DNA of 64,000 nucleotides from Acidimicrobiales bacterium (GTDB lineage Bacteria; Actinomycetota; Acidimicrobiia; Acidimicrobiales; Aldehydirespiratoraceae). The DNA is taken from contig JAWKIR010000002.1 in the NCBI GenBank assembly GCA_041394245.1, forward strand, positions 2,756,305 through 2,820,304. Direction: 5' to 3'. Both the position numbers and the translations under genes were made by a program. Below are positions 58,036 through 64,000 of the stretch, piece after piece; position 1 is the stretch's first letter, and each line of letters opens with the position of its first letter. The notes below the pieces were generated by a model. That model worked only from the letters and a program-made list of their open reading frames with translations. It was not told the DNA's origin and did not search any database.

Positions 58036-59466
58036 GTGAGAACGACGGGCACACAGGTCAGCGCAGTGGCCACGACCGGTATCTATTGCCGACCCCAGTG
58101 CAGCGCCCGCCCCGACCCGAAGAACGTCGCGCCGTTCGCCTCGCCCGTCGCTGCTGAGGCCGCCGGCTACCGGTCGTGTCTCCGCTGCCGTCCCGACCGT
58201 CATCTCCCCGGGTCGTCGACCCCGGTCGGTGTCCCGCCGGCGGTGGCAACCGCGCTGGCGTTGATCAGCGACGGCTTCCTCGACCGTTTCGACGAGGAAG
58301 CCCTCGCCGACCGCGTCGGCTACTCGACGCGGCAGCTGCGTCGACTCTTCGAGCAGCACGTGGGGGCGACTCCGGCGTTCGTCGGCCGTTCCCGTCGGGC
58401 CCACTTCGCCCGGCGACTGCTCGACGAAACCGACCTGGCGATGCCGGTCGTCGCGGCGGCATCGGGATTCGGCTCGGTCCGTCAGATGAATCGGGTGGTC
58501 GAGAGCATCTTCCGGTTCTCGCCGGGTGAGCTGCGTCGCAAGCGGCGTGGGGGCGACGTGCTGGTGGCCGACGGAGGTCTGCGGCTGCGGCTGCCCTTCG
58601 TGGAGCCGCTCGACCGGACCGCCGCGCTCGCCCATCTTCTGCCCCGGGTCACGCCCGGCGTCGAGGCCATCGAGGGATCTGTCTACCGCCGGACGCTCGA
58701 GGTCTGCGGCAACCCCGGGATCATCGAGGTCCATCTCGGCGGGAGTGACGCCCACCTGGAACTGGTGGCCCACCTCCCGACCTTCGACGCGATCATCGAC
58801 GATGTCGCCCGCACCCGCTCGATGTTCGGGCTCGACGACGACGTGCGGGCGGCCGAGGACCACCTCCTCGCCGACCCCCTGCTGGCGCCGGTCGTGCGGG
58901 CACAGGCGGGACTGCGCGTGATCGGTGGTTGGGACCGCTTCGAGACGGCAGTGCGAGTGATCGTCGGTCAGCAGGTCTCCGTCGTCGGCGCCACGACCAT
59001 CACCGCCCGGATCGTCGAGCGACACGGCCGGCGACTTCCCGGCGAAGCGCTCGGTCTCACCCACCTGTTCCCGACGCCCGACGCGCTCGTGGAACTCGAT
59101 CCGGACGGACTCGGGATGCCGGCGTCACGCACCGCGACGATCGCGGCGCTCGCCGCCGCCGTGCTCACCGGCGATGTCGATCTGGCGGCATCGCCGGACC
59201 ACCTGCGCTCGCAGCTGCTCGACGTGAAGGGCATCGGCCCGTGGACCGCCGACGTGATCGCGATGCGGGCCACCCGCGACCCCGATGCCTTTCCTTCGGG
59301 CGATCTCGGTGTCCGCCAGGCGGCAGGTCGTCTCCTCGGGCGGGACGGACCGCCGACGGCCGAGGAGGTCGCCGACCTCGCGAGGGTGTGGAGCCCCCAC
59401 CGTTCACTGGCTGCCCAGCACCTCTGGGCCTCATTGCGTACCGTTGACCCCAAGGAGCGTTCCTGA
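58036..59466 (+). CDS. bifunctional Ada-like Zn-finger/AraC regulator fused to AlkA-type DNA-3-methyladenine glycosylase II
   Basis: Cys4 Ada N-domain (IYCRPQC...SCLRC), an AraC HTH (YSTRQLRRLFEQHVG), an AlkA N-domain, and HhH-GPD (LLDVKGIGPWTADVIAMR...D). The start is uncertain: GTG at 58036, 58006, or 57991 overlapping the upstream stop. Confidence 0.8.
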   Translation: MRTTGTQVSAVATTGIYCRPQCSARPDPKNVAPFASPVAAEAAGYRSCLRCRPDRHLPGSSTPVGVPPAVATALALISDGFLDRFDEEALADRVGYSTRQLRRLFEQHVGATPAFVGRSRRAHFARRLLDETDLAMPVVAAASGFGSVRQMNRVVESIFRFSPGELRRKRRGGDVLVADGGLRLRLPFVEPLDRTAALAHLLPRVTPGVEAIEGSVYRRTLEVCGNPGIIEVHLGGSDAHLELVAHLPTFDAIIDDVARTRSMFGLDDDVRAAEDHLLADPLLAPVVRAQAGLRVIGGWDRFETAVRVIVGQQVSVVGATTITARIVERHGRRLPGEALGLTHLFPTPDALVELDPDGLGMPASRTATIAALAAAVLTGDVDLAASPDHLRSQLLDVKGIGPWTADVIAMRATRDPDAFPSGDLGVRQAAGRLLGRDGPPTAEEVADLARVWSPHRSLAAQHLWASLRTVDPKERS

Positions 59467-59963
59467 TGCAGATCCGTCGCCTCGACAGCCCCATCGGCTT
59501 GCTGACGCTGGTCGCGTCCTCCGCCGGCCTCACGCATGTGCTCTTCGAGGGCCAGCAACCGACCGACGTCGGTCTGCCGGCCGATCTCCCCGAAGCCGAC
59601 GACGACCCCGCTCTCGAAGCAGCGGCCGCGCAACTGGCCGAGTACTTCGAGGGGCATCGGCGTGAGTTCGACATCCCGCTCGACCTGCACGGAACCGAGT
59701 TCCAGAAGGCGGCGTGGATGGCCCTTGCCGCGGTTCCCTACGGCGAGACCCGGTCCTACGGCGAGCAGGCCGACGCCATCGGACGTCCCGGTGCGTTCCG
59801 GGCCGTCGGTGCGGCCAACGGCCGCAATCCGGTCCCGGTGATCCTCCCGTGCCATCGCATCGTCGGGGCCGACGGGTCGCTCACCGGCTTCGCCGGCGGA
59901 CTCGACACCAAGCGGCGGTTGCTGAACCTCGAGCAGGCCCAGCAGGGGCTTCCCGGGTTCTGA
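59466..59963 (+). CDS. ogt: methylated-DNA--protein-cysteine methyltransferase
   Basis: 165 aa with active site PCHRIV and a YGE...A...G.P.A.RAVG.A...N block. TGATG overlap with the upstream gene. Confidence 0.9.
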   Translation: MQIRRLDSPIGLLTLVASSAGLTHVLFEGQQPTDVGLPADLPEADDDPALEAAAAQLAEYFEGHRREFDIPLDLHGTEFQKAAWMALAAVPYGETRSYGEQADAIGRPGAFRAVGAANGRNPVPVILPCHRIVGADGSLTGFAGGLDTKRRLLNLEQAQQGLPGF

Positions 59964-59985
59964 GCGAGGGATCTACGCTGCGCCC

Positions 59986-60756
59986 ATGTCGCTGACCCTC
60001 GACCGCTACCCGGACCTCAGCTACGAGGCGGTGCCGCCGTCGACCGACGACCTCGAGGAGCTGCGGCTGCTGCGCAAGTGGGAGGTCGCCATCGGGTACC
60101 GGATTTTCGCCGGTCATCGCTGGGGTCTCCTCGGCGACGGTCACATCTCCGCTCGGGACCCGATCCTCACCGATCACTTCTGGGTGCTCGGCTACGGGAC
60201 TCCCTTTCGCGACGCCACGGTCCACAACCTCACCCTCGTCGGCCCCGACGGTCGGGGAGCGGACGGGTCCGAGGTCAACACCGCCGGCTACTGCATCCAC
60301 CACCCCATCCTCGAGTCACGGCCCGATCTGGCGTCGGCGGCTCACACCCACACCGGCTTCGGCACGCCCTGGTCGGCCAACGTGGAGCCCTTCCAGGCGA
60401 TCAGTCAGGAGGCCTGCGCCTTCGTCTTCGACCAGTCGCTGTTCGAGGGCGAGGACCTCGAGGTGCTCACGACCGAGGTCGGCCATCGCATCGCTCGGGC
60501 GATGGGGAGCAGCAAGCTCTGCATCCTGCGCAACCACGGTCTCCTGACCGGCGGGAGGTCGCCGGCCGAAGCGGTCGGGTGGTTCGTGATGGCCGAACGG
60601 GTCGCCGAGGTCCACGTGAAGGCAACTGCGGCCAAGGCGATCTCCGACGCAGCGGCGAAGGAGGTCGCGTCGACGCTCGCGGTGCCCGACGTCGGCTGGC
60701 GGCTCTTCCAGTGGGCCGCTCGCGGCCTCGTCCCCGATCCCTCGGTCGTGCTCTGA
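59986..60756 (+). CDS. class II aldolase/adducin family protein
   Basis: 256 aa with GHISARD, an AAHTHT metal-His block and LRNHGLLT. Confidence 0.8.
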   Translation: MSLTLDRYPDLSYEAVPPSTDDLEELRLLRKWEVAIGYRIFAGHRWGLLGDGHISARDPILTDHFWVLGYGTPFRDATVHNLTLVGPDGRGADGSEVNTAGYCIHHPILESRPDLASAAHTHTGFGTPWSANVEPFQAISQEACAFVFDQSLFEGEDLEVLTTEVGHRIARAMGSSKLCILRNHGLLTGGRSPAEAVGWFVMAERVAEVHVKATAAKAISDAAAKEVASTLAVPDVGWRLFQWAARGLVPDPSVVL

Positions 60757-60763
60757 GGCGACC

Positions 60764-61150
60764 TCAGTCGCCGGCGAGTGGTGCGTAGAGATCGACCGGG
60801 TTCATGTCGGGATCGTGAACGGTCGCGTAGCGCTGGCCCCAGGGCGCGTCGAACGGCGGGGTCTTGACCGTCGCTCCGGCGGCGGTCACGGCGGCGAAGA
60901 GGGCGTCGACCTCGGCCGGGGAGGCACATCCGAACGCGAGCGCGACGTTGCGACCACCCGAGGACGCTTCGTAGGTCGAGAACGACTCGATGGTCGCCAC
61001 GCTGTCGAGCATCAACCGGAAACCGCCCGTCGTGGTGGCCTCCTGGTGGCCCTCGCCGAAGGCGGTGAACTCGAGACCGAGGCGGCGGTAGAACGCCACC
61101 GAGGCGTCGAGGTCGGCAGCGATGATTCCGATGGCATCGAGTTGCGGCAT
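60764..61150 (-). CDS. VOC (glyoxalase/bleomycin-resistance) family protein
   Basis: 128 aa with a paired beta-alpha-beta-beta-beta module pattern (IGIIAADLDASVAFYRRLGLEF...). Confidence 0.75.
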   Translation of the reverse strand: MPQLDAIGIIAADLDASVAFYRRLGLEFTAFGEGHQEATTTGGFRLMLDSVATIESFSTYEASSGGRNVALAFGCASPAEVDALFAAVTAAGATVKTPPFDAPWGQRYATVHDPDMNPVDLYAPLAGD

Positions 61151-61159
61151 GGGCCGACG

Positions 61160-63316
61160 CTATGCGGTGAGGCTCGCCTTCATGGCCCGACGGTTCTTGC
61201 GCAGGATGCGTTCGGTGTAACCGTTGTGCTCGTCACGCCCGCCGAGCACGAGCTCGAGTGCGGCCTGGAACGGGATGCTGTGCTCCAGGTCGGTGGCCAT
61301 CGGGTGGTAGTCGGCGTCGTCGGCGTTCTGCTTGTCGACGATCGCGGCCATGCGGCCCATCGTCTCGCGGACCTGCGCCTCGGTGAGCACACCGTGGTGC
61401 AGCCAGTTGGCGACGTGCTGGCTGGAGATCCGCAGCGTGGCGAGGTCCTCCATGAGGCCGACGTCCTCGATGTCGGGCACGGTCGAGCAGCCGACACCGA
61501 TGCCGACCCAGCGCACGATGTAGCCGAGGATCGACTGGCTGTTGTTGTCGAGCTCGGTCTGGATCTGCTCGGCGGTGAGGTCTCGGTCGAGCAGCGGGAT
61601 CGCGGTGAGTTCCTCGATCGGCCGCGGGGTTCGCGAGAGGAGCTCCTCCTGACGGGCGGCGACGTTGACGTCGAAGTAGTGCGTGGCGTGCAGGGTCGCC
61701 GCGGTGGGCGAGGGGACCCACGCGCACGTTGCCCCGGCCGACGGGTGGCCGACCTTCGTCTCGACCATCTCGGCCATCTCCGAGGGTTTCGCCCACATGC
61801 CCTTGCCGATCTGGGCGCGGTTCTGCAGACCGCAGGCGAGGCCGGTGTCGACGTTGGCGTCCTCGTAGGCCAGGAGCCAGGTCGCACCCTTCATCTCGCC
61901 CTTGGGAAGGACGGGGCCGGCCTCCATGTCGGTGTGGATCTCGTCGCCGGTGCGGTCGAGGAAGCCGGTGTTGATGAACACGACCCGGTCGGCGGCCTGC
62001 TCGATCGCTGCGGCGAGGTTGAGCGACGTGCGGCGCTCCTCGTCCATGATCCCCATCTTCATGGTGTGACGCTCGAGCCCGAGGGCGTCCTCGACGCGGC
62101 CGAACAGCTCGCAGGCCCAGGCCACCTCGTCGGGGCCGTGCATCTTCGGCTTCACGATGTAGATCGATCCGGTGCGGCTGTTGCGGAAGGCGCCGTGGCC
62201 GAGCAGGTCGTGTTTTGCGGCGAGCGCGGTGACCATCGCGTCGAGGATGGTCTCGGCGATCGGTTCGCCGTCGTGGGTGACCGCGTCGGTGGTGAGGTGA
62301 TGGCCGACGTTGCGCACGAGCATGAGTGAACGGCCCTGCAGCACGAGCTCGGACCCGTCGGCGGCGGTGTAGGCGCGGTCGGCGTTGAGCCGGCGCTCGA
62401 GGGTCTGTCCGCCCTTCGGGAAGGTGGCGACGAGATCGCCCTTCATCAGGCCGAGCCAGTGGCGGTAGACGACGACCTTGTCGTCGGCGTCGACCGCGCT
62501 GACCGAGTCTTCGCAGTCCATGATCGTCGAGACGGCCGACTCGAGGTCGATGTCGGCAACACCGGCGGCGTCGTCCTTGCCGATGCGGTCGGTGCGGTCG
62601 ATGCGGATGTCGGCGTGGAGGCCGTGCTTGCGCACGAGGATCGACGCCGGGTCGGCGGCGTCGCCGCTGTGGCCGACGAACTGCGTGGTGTCGGCGAGCC
62701 CCGAGCTGGTGTCGCCGAGTCCGACGACCAAGGCCCCGTCGACGACGGAGTAGCCGGTCGCGTCGGCATGGCTGCCGGCGGCGAGGGGGAAATGGGTGTC
62801 GAGGAACCTCCGGGCATGGGCGATCACCTTGGCGCCGCGGACCGGGTTGTAGCCCGTGCCTGCCTCGGCGCCGCCCTCGTCGCTGATCACATCGGTGCCG
62901 TAGAGGGCGTCGTAGAAGCTGCCCCATCGGGCGTTGGCGGCGTTGAGGGCGTAGCGGGCGTTGTCGAGCGGGACGACGAGCTGCGGTCCCGCGGTCGACG
63001 TGATCTCGGTGTCGACGTTCTCGGTGCGGATCGACACGTCGGTGGGCGCGTCGTCGAGGTAGCCGATGCTGCGCAGGAAGTCGATGTAGGCCGCATGGTC
63101 AGGGTTGTCGCGATGGTTGGTGTGCCACTCGTCGATCCGGGCCTGGAGCTCGTCGCGGCGGGCGAGAAGCGCGGCGTTGCGGGGACCGAGGTCGGTGACG
63201 ATCGCCTCGAGCGCGGCCCAGAACTCGACCGCCGACACGCCGCTGCCGGGCGTCAGTTGTGTCTCCACGAAGTCGTGCAGAACCGGGGCAATCTCGAGAG
63301 AACCGATCGTGACCAT
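61160..63316 (-). CDS. glcB: malate synthase G
   Basis: ATG at 63316 ([17 protein letters not shown]...). 718 aa. Blocks [40 protein letters not shown] and [13 protein letters not shown] are typical of GlcB. Confidence 0.9.
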   Translation of the reverse strand: MVTIGSLEIAPVLHDFVETQLTPGSGVSAVEFWAALEAIVTDLGPRNAALLARRDELQARIDEWHTNHRDNPDHAAYIDFLRSIGYLDDAPTDVSIRTENVDTEITSTAGPQLVVPLDNARYALNAANARWGSFYDALYGTDVISDEGGAEAGTGYNPVRGAKVIAHARRFLDTHFPLAAGSHADATGYSVVDGALVVGLGDTSSGLADTTQFVGHSGDAADPASILVRKHGLHADIRIDRTDRIGKDDAAGVADIDLESAVSTIMDCEDSVSAVDADDKVVVYRHWLGLMKGDLVATFPKGGQTLERRLNADRAYTAADGSELVLQGRSLMLVRNVGHHLTTDAVTHDGEPIAETILDAMVTALAAKHDLLGHGAFRNSRTGSIYIVKPKMHGPDEVAWACELFGRVEDALGLERHTMKMGIMDEERRTSLNLAAAIEQAADRVVFINTGFLDRTGDEIHTDMEAGPVLPKGEMKGATWLLAYEDANVDTGLACGLQNRAQIGKGMWAKPSEMAEMVETKVGHPSAGATCAWVPSPTAATLHATHYFDVNVAARQEELLSRTPRPIEELTAIPLLDRDLTAEQIQTELDNNSQSILGYIVRWVGIGVGCSTVPDIEDVGLMEDLATLRISSQHVANWLHHGVLTEAQVRETMGRMAAIVDKQNADDADYHPMATDLEHSIPFQAALELVLGGRDEHNGYTERILRKNRRAMKASLTA

Positions 63317-63332
63317 GACCCGACAGGCTACC

Positions 63333-63435
63333 GAGAAGGTATGCGGGGTCAGACACCCATACCTTCTCACGGCTCCTGCCGAGATCTGGGAGCCGCCACC
63401 GAGGCCGTGCGAGAAGGTATGGGTGTCTGACCCCG
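63333..63435. promoter_or_regulatory. glcB leader element: 25-bp perfect inverted repeat (63344-63368 / 63411-63435) plus an extra 11-nt copy (63333-63343) allowing an alternative hairpin
   Basis: CGGGGTCAGACACCCATACCTTCTC and its exact reverse complement GAGAAGGTATGGGTGTCTGACCCCG are separated by 42 nt. The spacer itself contains CGGCTCC/GGAGCCG. GAGAAGGTATG is repeated at 63333. Confidence 0.6.
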
Positions 63436-63441
63436 GCGTAC

Positions 63442-64000
63442 TTACTGGGCGGCCATGGCGGTGGCGGTGTCTTGTTCGGGGTCGTGGTGGGCGGGGCCGG
63501 CGACGTCGATGACGACGGTCTCGAGGTGATCGGAGAACGAACGGGCAGCGCCGGGGTCGTCGCACGGAGGCAGTGCTTCGGGGCGACCGATCCGCAGGCC
63601 CGAGCCCGTCATCGACCAGCGGGTGAGGCAATGCCACGACACGTCGCCCTCGGCGACGGCCTCCCCGTCGACGAGCAGTGTCGCCCGCCCGCCGATCTCG
63701 GTCGTCTTCACGTAGCGGACCGCGAGCTCGTGGCGGCCCGGGGAGAGCGCCACCGGTGCCCGAACCTCGTGGATGCGACGCGTGGCGACGTTGCAGTGCC
63801 AGACCAGCTCACCACCGTCGAGGTGGAAGGACCAGCCGCCGAGCACGTTGCCCTGTTGGGCCAGCACGCCCTCGGGCGTGTGCTCACCCACGTGGATCGT
63901 CGCGGTCACCCGATGGTCGCGGTTGCGGATGTCGGCAGCCGACTCCTCGGGGATCATCCCGGAACTCGGCCGGTAGACGTAGCGCTCCCGGGCGGGGACC
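63442..64000 (-). CDS. arylsulfatase, C-terminal domain only (gene continues beyond the right edge)
   Basis: The frame stays open upstream of the track's Met to the window edge ([29 protein letters not shown]...). The pattern ...GVL.AQGN..GGWS..L.GG.L....N is typical of the C-terminal domain of large actinobacterial arylsulfatases. Confidence 0.6.
   Translation of the reverse strand, partial: VPARERYVYRPSSGMIPEESAADIRNRDHRVTATIHVGEHTPEGVLAQQGNVLGGWSFHLDGGELVWHCNVATRRIHEVRAPVALSPGRHELAVRYVKTTEIGGRATLLVDGEAVAEGDVSWHCLTRWSMTGSGLRIGRPEALPPCDDPGAARSFSDHLETVVIDVAGPAHHDPEQDTATAMAAQ

Overview
This is a 64-kb window of a high-GC, actinobacterial-type chromosome. It is very densely coding: about 58 CDS, many joined by ATGA/GTGA/TGATG start-stop overlaps. 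I saw no rRNA, tRNA, CRISPR array, transposase, integrase or phage genes. All family calls rest on motifs I recognised by eye in the supplied translations; no database search was run. Many long ORFs in the track are alternate-frame or antisense artefacts of the GC content. I rejected them and re-derived starts from overlaps, Shine-Dalgarno sequences and third-position GC.

Gene content, left to right:
- KhtT-like fragment, an SDR and a PlsC-like acyltransferase.
- A glycopolymer locus (2.0-8.8 kb) with a Wzm/Wzt-type ABC exporter and four GT-A glycosyltransferases.
- A small oxidative island: P450, TauD-like dioxygenase, FAD oxidase and aldehyde dehydrogenase.
- A dsbB-tlpA-amphi-Trp operon.
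- A sulfotransferase/DUF1214 pair, an ACC-deaminase-family enzyme and a sterol-desaturase-family protein.
- glcDEF plus a flavoprotein.
- An envelope trio: AP-superfamily membrane protein, hotdog protein and a lipoprotein.
- A 12-gene divergon (30.0-46.9 kb), described below.
- A DUF559 gene flanked by direct repeats.
- Acyl-CoA synthetase, gnd-zwf, and an orphan solute-binding lipoprotein with TetR and a carotenoid-oxygenase-family gene.
- LLM oxidoreductase with a PGPGW protein, a NAT-like protein, ada/alkA-ogt, an aldolase, a VOC protein, glcB and an arylsulfatase fragment.

The most interesting element is the 30.0-46.9 kb divergon. It carries clear homologues of the poorly understood E. 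coli ygfK-ssnA-ygfM-xdhD set, with remodelled domains. They are combined with two carbamoylase-type amidohydrolases, two PLP enzymes, a second molybdenum hydroxylase, an 8-oxoguanine-deaminase-like enzyme and a YkoF-domain/HTH regulator. I read this as a candidate uricase-independent purine/N-heterocycle catabolic system.

Secondary observations are a mutually exclusive hairpin architecture in the glcB leader, several perfect palindromes and tandem repeats in intergenic DNA, and coding microsatellite-like repeats.
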